Shown: positions 1 to 8,103 of the stretch, piece after piece
Position numbering within the stretch: the first letter of the stretch is position 1
Layout: each line of letters begins with the position of its first letter
Source: Candidatus Methylomirabilis limnetica
Lineage (GTDB): Bacteria; Methylomirabilota; Methylomirabilia; Methylomirabilales; Methylomirabilaceae
Direction of reading: 5' to 3'
Assembly (NCBI RefSeq): GCF_003044035.1
Contig: NZ_NVQC01000017.1
Coordinates: 1-32,000 of the forward strand
DNA: 32,000 nucleotides
Made by a program: the position numbers and the translations under genes
The notes under the pieces: model-generated
What the model saw: only the letters and a program-made list of their open reading frames with translations
Told to the model about the DNA's origin: nothing
Databases searched by the model: none

Positions 1-163
1 GCTTGCAGGTGACGGCGACGTTCTGCTTGAAGACGCCAGAGGCGGGATCGGCAGCTCGTCGGATCTCGTGAGCGCCATGGCAATCGGTGCAGGTTGCGGC
101 AGTGAGATTGCCTTTCTGTAGGATGGCCAAACAGGAGACAGGACAGGGGGCGGTGCGAAGCAT
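1..163 (-). CDS. multihaem c-type cytochrome, partial (runs off left edge; 5' end probably not native)
   Basis: The minus-strand frame reads MLRTAPCPVSCLAILQKGNLTAATCTDCHGAHEIRRAADPASGVFKQNVAVTCK. This contains a CXXCH haem motif followed by G-x-H, then a further Cys at the edge, as in doubled-CXXCH cytochromes. The frame is open to position 1 and is absent from the ORF track because no stop lies in the window. The first ~15 codons do not look like a signal peptide, so the gene is probably 5'-truncated at about 120-125. Confidence 0.4.
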   Translation of the reverse strand, partial: MLRTAPCPVSCLAILQKGNLTAATCTDCHGAHEIRRAADPASGVFKQNVAVTCK

Positions 164-569
164 CGCGAATCAGGTATTTGATGTTTTCCCCTACAGCGCC
201 ACGGTAACCCAGGTAATGATATTGTGACAAGAGGCAGTTGAACAGCGCATAATCCTCCGATTTGAGGCTTACAACCGTGATCCGAAGGGGAATCAATGCC
301 TTGAGACTGTCGCTGATCCCTTCCTTTCGATATGGAACAGATGGATAAGAAGGACGGGACGTAAAAGTAAGTTTCCCCTGGCGGGGAGGCAACACAATAG
401 AGCCAGCTCGCTCCAGTTTCAGCAGGAGGCTGCGGCAGGCCATGTCTTTGTATTGCCCTGTGGGACTTTGCCAGTTCCACAACCTGCAAATCTCCAAAGA
501 GAGGCGGGTGCGGTGCCAGTCGGGGGTGGCAGTAAGCAGCTGTCGGATTTGCTGGACATTTACGGTCAT
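126..569 (-). pseudogene. DUF4338 (DruA-like) protein, N-terminal fragment only
   Basis: ATG at 569 on the minus strand. The translation is MTVNVQQIRQLLTATPDWHRTRLSLEICRLWNWQSPTGQYKDMACRSLLLKLERAGSIVLPPRQ...LSQYHYLGYRGAVGENIKYLIRDASHRPLSCLLFG. It fits my recollection of the DUF4338 N-terminal half (YHYLGY..GE.LKYL..LLFG). Similarity ends after LLFG at about 126. The same frame then continues as Arg-rich nonsense while another frame carries the cytochrome motif. Confidence 0.55.
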
Positions 570-822
570 GGATTGTTCCATGCCGTGGAATATCACATAA
601 AAAAACGCGTGAGTCCAGCAAAAATGAAGGGGTTCATGAAACTTTTTTAAGGGGTATTCCGTCAGGAAGAAATCACACCTGTTTTATTACTCCATGCTCA
701 GTAGCGGCAAATTATGTGCCGAACAGTATTGGGATTAAGGGGGATTTTTGTAAAAAATAACACATTTTATTTAATGATTTCCCCCCTTTCACTGAATGGT
801 TACCTTGGGACCATGATATTGA

Positions 823-850
823 TTGACAAAAGGTATAGAAAAGGTATAGT
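823..850 (+). promoter_or_regulatory. candidate brnTA promoter with direct-repeat operator
   Basis: TTGACA at 823-828, a 16-nt spacer, then TATAGT at 845-850. This overlaps a tandem direct repeat AAAGGTATAG (829-838 and 840-849), 9 nt upstream of the ATG at 859. Confidence 0.3.
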
Positions 851-858
851 TTTTATAC

Positions 859-1275
859 ATGGAATTTGAATCTACTGGGGGTTCATTCCCTGCGGCTTGC
901 CGCGAGTTCGTCATACCGGCGGAAGCCGGTATCCAGAGGGCCAGACTGGATTCCGTGTCAAGCACGGAATGACGGGCCAGAACAGAAGACGATACCCCGC
1001 AGATTGCTGCAGGGTAGTTCATTTTCGACATCAAGAAGAGCGAAGGCAATAAGATAAAACATGGAATCGATTTTTACGAAGCCCAGGCGCTATGGGATGA
1101 CCCTGATTTGATTGAAATTCCCTTAATAACAAGCGATGAGCCAAGACTCCTCGTGATTGGCAAGTGGTTGGGGAGGCATTGGTCAGGGATTATTACATAT
1201 AGGGGCGATAGGATAAGAATGATTTCAGTGCGACGTGCCAGGAAAGAGGAGGTTGATATATATGAAGGCGAGTGA
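859..1275 (+). pseudogene. brnT: BrnT-family (DUF497) toxin gene interrupted after codon 4
   Basis: ATG GAA TTT GAA (MEFE, 859-870) and FDIKKSEGNKIKHGIDFYEAQALWDDPDLIEIP...RIRMISVRRARKEEVDIYEGE* (1024-1275) are in the same frame. Joined, they give the typical BrnT start MEFE(W/F)D..K...N..KHG..F.EA. The intervening 153 bp contains in-frame stops (TGA about 967-969, TAG 1015-1017). No ATG/GTG/TTG lies between 1018 and 1024. Confidence 0.7.
871..1023. mobile_element. MITE-like insert (GC-rich, nested hairpins)
   Basis: Imperfect terminal inverted repeats: CCCTGCGGCTTGCCGCG near the left end versus the reverse complement CCCTGCAGCAATCTGCGG near the right end. Internal hairpins are CATACCGGCGGAAGCCGGTATC and GGATTCCGTGTCAAGCACGGAATG. 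The spurious translations (WIPASAGMT / RHSVLDTESS) are typical of a widespread bacterial miniature repeat class. The element splits brnT exactly. Confidence 0.6.
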
Positions 1276-1510
1276 ATTAGACAAGAGATTCGACGAAGGT
1301 GAGGATATCTCCAAACACCTCGATCGGTCCAAGGCCAGAAGGCCTGAGCGGGAGCAGAAAAGGGTAAATGTAGATTTCCCTTTATGGATGATCAACCTGT
1401 TGGATAAAGAATCAAAACGGTTAGGTGTGCCCAGGCAATCCATTATCAAAGTTTGGGTGGCAGAACGTCTTGAAAAAGTAATGGTAACTACTCAGGCAGA
1501 TAGACTGTAG
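1262..1510 (+). CDS. brnA: BrnA-family (CopG/RHH-like) antitoxin
   Basis: MKASELDKRFDEGEDISKHLDRSKARRPEREQKRVNVDFPLWMINLLDKESKRLGVPRQSIIKVWVAERLEK. The ATG at 1262 overlaps the brnT stop (ATGAAGGCGAGTGA). The ORF-track start at 1235 lies inside brnT and is less likely. The last ~9 codons (VTTQADRL*) are read from repeat copy A. Confidence 0.8.
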   Translation: MKASELDKRFDEGEDISKHLDRSKARRPEREQKRVNVDFPLWMINLLDKESKRLGVPRQSIIKVWVAERLEKVMVTTQADRL

Positions 1511-1644
1511 GCTTTTAGACTGTAGGAACACGCCATGCGAGACCATACCAAGCTCAGAGTGTTTGAACTGCCCGGCGAAGTGCGCCTTGATTCGGTCTGT
1601 GCGCAACGGCTAACAGCCTACAGCCTAAACACCTAAGCAGTTCC
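1484..1644 (+). mobile_element. TIR element carrying a four-helix-bundle gene remnant, copy A (degenerate, inverted relative to B-F)
   Basis: It starts GTAACTACTCAGGCAGATAGACTGTAGG and ends CCTACAGCCTAAACACCTAAGCAGTTCC. The interior ATGCGAGACCATACCAAGCTCAGAGTGTTTGAACTG translates as MRDHTKLRVFEL, followed by ...VRLDSVCAQRLTAYSLNT*. No flanking duplication is recognisable. Confidence 0.75.
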
Positions 1645-1663
1645 CGCCCCTGTAACTTTTCCC

Positions 1664-3289
1664 TCAGGACAGGTCAGGTGCGGGGCGTAAGGCGACCGGG
1701 ACCTCGATGACTGTCAGCCGGTTTCGCGCTAATGCCTTCTCAACGACCTCACTGATCTGATCGAGCGAATCGACCCGCTCTGCTTCGGCTCCAAACGACC
1801 TTGCCAAGGCGATGAAGTCCGGGTTCGCGAGCGCTTCGTCGCCAAACAGGTGTCCGTCCTTCCGTTGACCATAGTCCACCATACCAAAGGCATTGTCGTT
1901 AAAGAGTAAGACGACAATGGCGGCTCGGTGTTTGACTGCGGTCGCCAGCTCCTGACAGGAGAAGAGAAATCCGCCGTCACCACACAGCGCCAGGACCTGA
2001 CGGTCAGGCTTGGCGAGCTTGGCACCGATGGCTGCCGGCAGCCCGAACCCGATCGTCCCGCTCCCCATCGCCCAGAGAAATGTTCCGGGTTCGTAGACCT
2101 CGAAGTATCTACGCGCCCAGTACGTCGCCATGGTCGAATCGTTGGTTACGATGGCGTCGCGTTTTATCACGTGCCTGATATCTTCGAGCAGCTTCACTTC
2201 GGCAGGGTATGTCGCTCTCACGCTTTCCATGGTCTGCTTTTTTGCCCTGATGACCTCTAGCCCTTCAAAGCCCTGCGGGCGTGACGACTGCTTTTCAAGC
2301 CTTCCGAGAATGTACTCTAAGGTTATACGAGCGTCTCCCACCAGCTCAACGATATGGCTGCCTTGAATGCCTGGATGGGTTTTGGCAAACTGCAGCTCGT
2401 CTATATCAACCCTGACCCAGTGCGGCGGAAGCCTCAATGACCATTTGCCGGTCGATCGGTTGCTGAACCGCGTGCCGACCACGATGGCGAGATCGGCCTT
2501 CTCGATGAGCGCCCGAACGGGTCCCTCCGTCCCCAGATTTCCAAGGGAGAGATCATGAGCCTCAGAGAGCACCCCTTTCCCTTTGATGCTGGTGAGCACC
2601 GGGGCGTTGAGCAACTCGGTCAGTCGTTTAATCGCCTGGCCCGCCCCTGAGGCGATCGCGCCACCCCCGGCATAGATGACAGGCCGCACCGCCCTGGCAA
2701 TCCGCTCGACCGCCTCTGCCAGCCTCTGCGCGTCGGGAAGGGTTGGCGTGTGCGTGACCGGCTGATACGAGAAGGGGGCGGCAAGCTCCGCATTCAGGAC
2801 ATCCACCGGAACCTCAAGGCCATAGGGTCGCGGCCGCCCATGTGCCATCCTGGAGAATATCGCCTGGAGGCTGTGAGGAATGTCTGAGGGTGTCGCCACG
2901 TCGTAGCACGCCTCTGTCACATTCGAAATCAGACCATGCTGGTTTTTGACCTCATGAAGGTCGCCCCAGCCTTTATGCAGATGCGCTTGCTCGATCTGAC
3001 TGGCGATAAGCAACACCGGTGAGGAACTGCAATAGGCTTCCTGCAACCCGACCATGGTGGCGGCAGTGCCGGCTCCTGTGCCTGCTATCACAACTCCAAC
3101 CTTGCCGGTGACCCGCGCATAGGCATCCGCCATGAACGCCGCAGATTGCTCATGACGCACCTCAATAAATCGAACGCCACGTCGCTTGGCGGCATCTGCG
3201 ACAGCGGTGATATGTAGGCCACGTATGCCGAATACGAACTCAACACCTTGAGCTTTGAGGCATTCGGCTATCGTCTCTGCGCCAGTCAT
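1664..3289 (-). CDS. thiamine-diphosphate-dependent enzyme (acetolactate-synthase / 2-keto-acid decarboxylase-like)
   Basis: 541-aa ORF. N-terminal TPP-pyrimidine domain (GVEFVFGIRG...HEQSAAFMADAYARVTGK) and the C-terminal GDG-x24-NDN TPP-binding motif (CGDGGFLFSCQELATAVKHRAAIVVLLFNDNAFG). GGAG-type RBS upstream of the ATG at 3289. Confidence 0.85.
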   Translation of the reverse strand: MTGAETIAECLKAQGVEFVFGIRGLHITAVADAAKRRGVRFIEVRHEQSAAFMADAYARVTGKVGVVIAGTGAGTAATMVGLQEAYCSSSPVLLIASQIEQAHLHKGWGDLHEVKNQHGLISNVTEACYDVATPSDIPHSLQAIFSRMAHGRPRPYGLEVPVDVLNAELAAPFSYQPVTHTPTLPDAQRLAEAVERIARAVRPVIYAGGGAIASGAGQAIKRLTELLNAPVLTSIKGKGVLSEAHDLSLGNLGTEGPVRALIEKADLAIVVGTRFSNRSTGKWSLRLPPHWVRVDIDELQFAKTHPGIQGSHIVELVGDARITLEYILGRLEKQSSRPQGFEGLEVIRAKKQTMESVRATYPAEVKLLEDIRHVIKRDAIVTNDSTMATYWARRYFEVYEPGTFLWAMGSGTIGFGLPAAIGAKLAKPDRQVLALCGDGGFLFSCQELATAVKHRAAIVVLLFNDNAFGMVDYGQRKDGHLFGDEALANPDFIALARSFGAEAERVDSLDQISEVVEKALARNRLTVIEVPVALRPAPDLS

Positions 3290-3316
3290 CCCGTATCTCC
3301 GTCACCCCCTCCCTCA

Positions 3317-3340
3317 CCCTCCCCCCTCGGAGGGGGAGGG
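3317..3340. repeat. GC-rich 9-bp hairpin (CCCTCCCCC/GGGGGAGGG) within a C/G-run element
   Basis: CCCTCCCCC-ctcgga-GGGGGAGGG lies between the aminotransferase stop and the TPP gene start. No U-run follows on the transcribed (minus) strand. Confidence 0.5.
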
Positions 3341-3465
3341 GACCAGTGGGGGGGGACTTTCGGGGCAATGATATCTCATTTCATGCGTTTGTATTAGGCG
3401 ATCATTCGAGAATGGTAGGGCCCGCCCTGTTGGGTCAGTGAGCGGCATCTGGAAGAGGTCGCCGC

Positions 3466-4653
3466 CTATTTGATCTGCGCGATGGCGGCATCCAGGATCA
3501 CAATGGCCTGATCCACATCCTGCGGGCTGATAATCAGAGGGGGCATGAACCGGATTGTCTGAGGTGGGATTGGGCTCAGCAGCAGGCCCCGTTCGCAGCA
3601 GGCCTTGGCCATCGCCAGGGCTACCGGCTTGGTAAACTCTATCGCCAGAAGAAGGCCCCGGCCCCGGACTTCCTTCACAATATCCCACTCCTCTTGCAAA
3701 CCCAGGAGTCGCTCCCGGAAGTAGCTTCCCACCCGCACCGCGCTCCCTGAAAGATCTTCCTTCACAATAAATCGAAAGACGGCTGTGGCCACCGCACAAC
3801 AGAGTGGATTCCCCCCGAAGGTAGAGCCGTGATCTCCCGGGCCAAAACAGGCGGCCCGATCGTTCGCCAGGAGCGCGGCAATGGGAATCCCGCCACCCAG
3901 CCCCTTGCCCACCGTCATAATGTCCGGCTTGATGCCGGAGACCTCGTGAGCCCACAGGGTCCCTGTTCGGCCGCAGCCCGTCTGGACCTCGTCCAAAATC
4001 AGCAGGAGGCCCCGTTCGTCGCAGAGATCTCGGACCTCCTTCAGATAGTTCTCAGTCGGAACGTTGACCCCACCCTCACCCTGGATCGGCTCCAGTAAGA
4101 TGGCGCAGGTTCGCTCTCCTACAGCCGCTCGCAGGGCCGCGACATCGTTGAACGGGACATGGCTGAACCCTTCAGGGAGCGGGGTAAAGGGCGCCTGGTA
4201 CTCCGGCTTGCCCGTCGCGGCCACCATCGCCAACGTTCGGCCATGGAAGCTCTTCAGCGCCGAAATGACCTCGTAGGCTCCATTCAGGTGCAGCTTGCCA
4301 TACTTCCGGGCTAGCTTGACCGCTCCCTCGTTGGCCTCAGCTCCACTGTTGCAAAAGAAGACTTTTGCCAGACCGCTCGCCGAGGTCAGTAGCTCTGCCA
4401 ACTCAATCTGTGGGGTTGTATAGACATCCAGGCTCGCCAGGATTAGGCGCTCCGACTGCTCTCGAAGAGCCTCTACGATCACAGGATGGCAGTGGCCCAG
4501 GCTGCAGGCGGCCCATCCGGCAATGAAGTCGAGATACTCCTTCCCGACCTCATCCCACACCCTCGCCCCTTCGCCACGGACGAGCGTCACCCCAAGACGC
4601 CGGTGGCCCGTGTCCATGAAATACCGTTTATCCAACTCTACCCAATGGTTCAT
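3466..4653 (-). CDS. class-III PLP aminotransferase (acetylornithine/ornithine aminotransferase-like)
   Basis: MNHWVELDKRYFMDTGHRRLGVTLVRGEGARVWD...CNSGAEANEGAVKLARKY...LDEVQTGCGRTGTLWA...MTVGKGLGGGIPIAA. The start at 4653 overlaps the upstream stop as ATGA, which I prefer over the ORF-track start at 4686. Confidence 0.85.
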   Translation of the reverse strand: MNHWVELDKRYFMDTGHRRLGVTLVRGEGARVWDEVGKEYLDFIAGWAACSLGHCHPVIVEALREQSERLILASLDVYTTPQIELAELLTSASGLAKVFFCNSGAEANEGAVKLARKYGKLHLNGAYEVISALKSFHGRTLAMVAATGKPEYQAPFTPLPEGFSHVPFNDVAALRAAVGERTCAILLEPIQGEGGVNVPTENYLKEVRDLCDERGLLLILDEVQTGCGRTGTLWAHEVSGIKPDIMTVGKGLGGGIPIAALLANDRAACFGPGDHGSTFGGNPLCCAVATAVFRFIVKEDLSGSAVRVGSYFRERLLGLQEEWDIVKEVRGRGLLLAIEFTKPVALAMAKACCERGLLLSPIPPQTIRFMPPLIISPQDVDQAIVILDAAIAQIK

Positions 4654-5456
4654 GATCCGTCCCGATCCAGGCTCAGGGCCAGGCACTTGGGCCCGCCTCC
4701 GGCCTTGAGAAACTCCGTGGTCTCGACCTCGTGAACGTGATACCCGGCCTCGGTGAGCGTCCGAGACAGGTGGGGACAGCCGGCGTTGACGACCACTGAC
4801 CGCCCGATGACCAGTGCATTGCAGGCCAACCGTTTAGCCTCCGCCTCCGTCACCGGGAGAAGCTCAGGAATAGCCTCTTTCAGGAGCCGCTGCGAGGCGG
4901 GACTGAACGCCTCCGGATAGTACGCTGCCCGGCCCGGTTGGAGCGGACACAAGCAGGTGTCCAGGTGATAGAACCATGGATCGGCGAGCTCCAGGGAATG
5001 GACGCGTAGCCCCAGGAGCTCCGCCAGAAGCTGATGGGCATGCAGCTCCGAACGAAAGCGGTGCCCGGCAAACAGGTCATTCCCGCAGAAGAGCGCATCC
5101 CCCTCCCCTTCAAAGAAGGCGGGTTCGGGAAGACAGGCCACCCGATAGTTCCGCTCTGCAAACCACTGTGTGCAATGAGGAACTTCCGCCTCGCGCTCAC
5201 GGTACCGGAACCGGCTACTCACAAAGAGGCCATTCACCAGGAGCCCGGCGTTGGCGGTAAAACAGAGGTCAGGCAACCCCGGAACCGGTGGCAGGAGCTC
5301 CACCTGAACCTGTAGCCCTTCGGTGAGGAGTCGATAGAGCGCCTCCCACTGCCTCACGGCGACTCCCCGGTCCGCCTGGTGCCCTCGATCCATCCAGGGA
5401 TTGATCTCGTAGTAGATCCCGTAATGGTCGGGACGACACATCAGTAGCCGGGTCAT
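4650..5456 (-). CDS. guanidino-group-modifying (amidinotransferase-fold) enzyme, ArgZ/AgrE N-domain-like candidate arginine dihydrolase
   Basis: 268 aa. The N-terminus LMCRPDHYGIYYEINPWMD, ...PDLCFTANAGL..., and the C-terminal GGGPKCLAL (catalytic Cys context) are typical of this superfamily. Confidence 0.65.
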   Translation of the reverse strand: MTRLLMCRPDHYGIYYEINPWMDRGHQADRGVAVRQWEALYRLLTEGLQVQVELLPPVPGLPDLCFTANAGLLVNGLFVSSRFRYREREAEVPHCTQWFAERNYRVACLPEPAFFEGEGDALFCGNDLFAGHRFRSELHAHQLLAELLGLRVHSLELADPWFYHLDTCLCPLQPGRAAYYPEAFSPASQRLLKEAIPELLPVTEAEAKRLACNALVIGRSVVVNAGCPHLSRTLTEAGYHVHEVETTEFLKAGGGPKCLALSLDRDGS

Positions 5457-5458
5457 GG

Positions 5459-6949
5459 CTACACGTCGGTACTAAGGCCTTGAGCCATTCTGATCTCGCG
5501 ACCGTGATTGACGGTCCACGCCACTTTGTGCGTCAGGAGATCCAACAAAGGCCAGGAAGCCGGAACACCCGTCCCGCTCTTCTTTATCCCGCCGAATGGC
5601 AGATGTACCTCGGCGCCGATGGTAGGCAGATTCCAGTACCCGACGCCAAACTCACACTCCTCCCGAAGACGACGGGCGATCCGGTAATCTTCGGTGATTA
5701 CGGAACAGGCCAGGCCATACTCCACATCGTTGTGGATGGCCACGGCCTCTTCCAGCGTTCGGAAGGGGATCAGAGCAACATGCGGCCCAAAGACCTCTTC
5801 GTGGAGCACCCTGGCATCTCTCCGATGAGCCATGCGATAGATGAAGGGGCTGAAGAAGTAGCCGTGCCGATAGGCCCCTTCCTCCAGGCGTCCGCCATCC
5901 AAGAGTACCTCGGCCCCCTCCTGCTTCGCCAGCAGGTTATAGAAACTGACCTTCTTCATCGCCGCCTCGTTGATGAGCGGGCCCATAAAGACCTGAGGAT
6001 CGAGCGGATCGCCGATGACGATCCGCCGCGCCATGGCGACAAAGGCCTTCGCGAACTCCTCCATCCGGCTCTCATGGATAATGAGGCGAGAAGCCGAGGT
6101 GCAGCGCTGCCCTGTCGTCTTGAAGGCGCTGAGTATCGCGGCCCGGACGGCCAGATCAAGATCGGCATCCTGGCAGACGATCATCGCATTCTTCCCGCCC
6201 ATCTCACAGGCGTACATCTTGCGATAGTCCTTGGCGCACGCCTCCTTGATCCGTGATCCCACCTCATACGAGCCGGTGAAGAGTACTACCTCGACGTCAG
6301 GGTGGGTCACCAATGGCCACCCTGCATCCCCTCCCATGCCCTGGACGAGATTCAGAACGCCTGGAGGAAGCTCGGCCTGCTCAAAGCACTCAACGATCTT
6401 CTCCCCCACCAACGGGGTGTTCCCGGACGGCTTGAAGACCACCGTGTTCCCTTCGAGCAGGGCCGGGGTGATCAGCCAGATGGGAATCGCAAAGGGGAAA
6501 TTCCAGGGGCTGATAACCGTGACCACCCCTTTCGGCTTGCGGAACATGTACGCATCCTTCTCGGCGAGCTCCGAGGGGAGGGCCTGACCGGAAGGAAGCC
6601 GCGCGTGGCCGAACATATACTGCGCCATGTGGATCCCCTCGACGACATCGGCCTTGGCCTCGTTGTACGCCTTGCCGGCCTCGGTTGCCACGAGGCGGGT
6701 GATCTCTTCAGTCTGGGCCTTAATCGCTTCAACGAATCGATCGAGATACTCCCCCCTTCTCACCCGTGACAGCGCGCGCCAGCCATGAAAAGCCGCCTTC
6801 GCGGCCGCGACCGCCTGCTCAGCATCCTCCCGATTCGACAAGGCTGCAACGCCAAGCACCTGATCGAATTTGGCGGGATTACGACTTTCAAACCTGGCTC
6901 CCCCGACCGCCTCCACCCATCTCCCACCAATATAATTCTTACCCTCCAT
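5459..6949 (-). CDS. NAD(P)-dependent aldehyde dehydrogenase
   Basis: 496 aa. Contains FTGSYEVG, the catalytic Glu context ACEMGGKNA and the catalytic Cys context GQRCTSASR. It ends 2 nt before the next gene's start, so the two are likely operonic. Confidence 0.9.
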   Translation of the reverse strand: MEGKNYIGGRWVEAVGGARFESRNPAKFDQVLGVAALSNREDAEQAVAAAKAAFHGWRALSRVRRGEYLDRFVEAIKAQTEEITRLVATEAGKAYNEAKADVVEGIHMAQYMFGHARLPSGQALPSELAEKDAYMFRKPKGVVTVISPWNFPFAIPIWLITPALLEGNTVVFKPSGNTPLVGEKIVECFEQAELPPGVLNLVQGMGGDAGWPLVTHPDVEVVLFTGSYEVGSRIKEACAKDYRKMYACEMGGKNAMIVCQDADLDLAVRAAILSAFKTTGQRCTSASRLIIHESRMEEFAKAFVAMARRIVIGDPLDPQVFMGPLINEAAMKKVSFYNLLAKQEGAEVLLDGGRLEEGAYRHGYFFSPFIYRMAHRRDARVLHEEVFGPHVALIPFRTLEEAVAIHNDVEYGLACSVITEDYRIARRLREECEFGVGYWNLPTIGAEVHLPFGGIKKSGTGVPASWPLLDLLTHKVAWTVNHGREIRMAQGLSTDV

Positions 6950-7168
6950 CGATCTCCCTCCTGAAAACGATAAGAGCAGGTCACCTCTCGGCTTCCTGCT
7001 CTTGGTATTGTATTAGGTTTCTCACCCCCGCAACTACTGACTAAGCCTTTACGCCGCCCACCACCCGATCCCGCCCCCGTCACAGTCAAGATCCGATGGG
7101 CACTGATAATCTAGCGCGAACGACAAGCGAGGGCAAGCTGTTTCGCTAAAAGTCAGCCCGATAGTTCC

Positions 7169-7197
7169 TTGACATATTGGAAGGGGCAGATTAGATT
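7169..7197 (+). promoter_or_regulatory. candidate sigma70 promoter of the plus-strand operon
   Basis: TTGACA (7169-7174), a 17-nt spacer, then TAGATT (7192-7197), about 95 nt upstream of the ATG at 7294. Confidence 0.35.
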
Positions 7198-7293
7198 ACA
7201 ACTAGCTGCAACATAACGGTTTATAATACCTTTCCTGATCCTTGGTAGGCTTCTCGATACCGTCGTTGATCTTCTCATGTCGGAGAGGGCGCC

Positions 7294-8103
7294 ATGCAGA
7301 GCAATGCCAGACAAAAGCGATTTGACGCCTTTTGGAAGAAGGTCGAACGGAAGGTTCATCGGCATCAAGCGATCAGGAACAACAGGTTCTGCGCCTGGTT
7401 CAATCGTGGGGAAGCCAACACCGCTCAAGTCATCCATTTCCTTGAACAGTTCGGGGTCTTTTCCAAGCATTTTGTCCCGATACAAGCCAAGCGAGTCGCC
7501 CGCGCGACAAACATTGAAAGCGAAAGGCTGGCACGCCATATCCTGGTCAACGAAAGCGGTGTGAGACTCGGCCCGGATAAGACCCCGGAGAATCAGACGT
7601 TCAGAACGGAGTGGGCCCATATCGAGTGGTTGCGCCAGACGTGCGCGCCACTCCCACTGGATCCGGAACGGTTAGGCAACTGGAGAACCGCTACCCCACC
7701 GACACGGCGCTTTCTGATTGAGCTTGAGAAGGCGTATGGAAGCCTCGATTGGCTGGTCGCCGGCGGCGCCAGTTACGGAATCGAGACGTGGGCGGCGTGG
7801 GGAATCGGGAAAGGTGAGGAGGCGGAATCCAAGAATTTCTGGAAGCAGCTCATCATTGGACTGAAGGGCTATAATGAAACACAGCGTCTGCTCCATGGCC
7901 TGGAGCCGATCCCTCTCGGCTTTTTCGAGCATCACTTCGAGCTTGAAACAGGGCATGGGGAGAATGTGTATGGCGAGCTCCTGAAAAGCTTTTCTCGCCC
8001 AAGGTTCGATGAAGATAAGTTTATAGAGGGCGGGCGAAGAGCGCTTGATGCCCTTTATATTTTCTGGGAGGGCCTTAACTCAGCCAGAAAGGCTCTTGCG
8101 TGA
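7294..8103 (+). CDS. haem-oxygenase-like fold, iron-containing redox enzyme family protein (PqqC/CADD/HDO-like)
   Basis: 269 aa and all-helical in character. Carboxylate/His pairs are spaced as in di-iron HO-like proteins: LVNESG, EWAHIEW, YGIETWAAW, FFEHHFELETGHGE. Confidence 0.55.
   Translation: MQSNARQKRFDAFWKKVERKVHRHQAIRNNRFCAWFNRGEANTAQVIHFLEQFGVFSKHFVPIQAKRVARATNIESERLARHILVNESGVRLGPDKTPENQTFRTEWAHIEWLRQTCAPLPLDPERLGNWRTATPPTRRFLIELEKAYGSLDWLVAGGASYGIETWAAWGIGKGEEAESKNFWKQLIIGLKGYNETQRLLHGLEPIPLGFFEHHFELETGHGENVYGELLKSFSRPRFDEDKFIEGGRRALDALYIFWEGLNSARKALA

Noticed and set aside
789-1057. ORFs 789..1049 (-) and 866..1057 (+).
   Set aside because: Both are translations of the MITE-like insert in brnT. 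Their peptides (WIPASAGMT, RRKPVSRG) are the usual artefacts of this repeat class.
3317-3340. The hairpin between the aminotransferase and TPP genes as an intrinsic terminator.
   Set aside because: No U-tract follows it on the transcribed strand. It is more likely a repeat element or an mRNA-stability hairpin.
3314-3955. 213-aa minus-strand ORF overlapping the aminotransferase gene and the spacer.
   Set aside because: It is an alternative frame of the aminotransferase gene, has low-complexity Gly/Arg/Pro content, and ends in the GC-run repeat (SPPPLVPSPSEGGG).
5480-6256. 258-aa plus-strand ORF.
   Set aside because: It is antisense to the well-supported aldehyde dehydrogenase gene and has an Arg/Pro/Gly-rich composition typical of GC-rich shadow frames. 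The same applies to 28372..29577, 22715..23650, 30728..31579, 18416..19066, 25279..25716 and 6302..6769.
7153-7620. 155-aa minus-strand ORF in the divergent promoter region.
   Set aside because: It overlaps the 5' part of the better-supported plus-strand HO-like gene and the candidate promoter. It has no recognisable motif.
7294-8103. Possibility that the HO-like protein is PqqC, since PQQ is the XoxF cofactor.
   Set aside because: No other pqq genes are adjacent and it lies in an operon of aromatic-type enzymes. Only the general fold-level motifs match, so I keep it as a family-level call.
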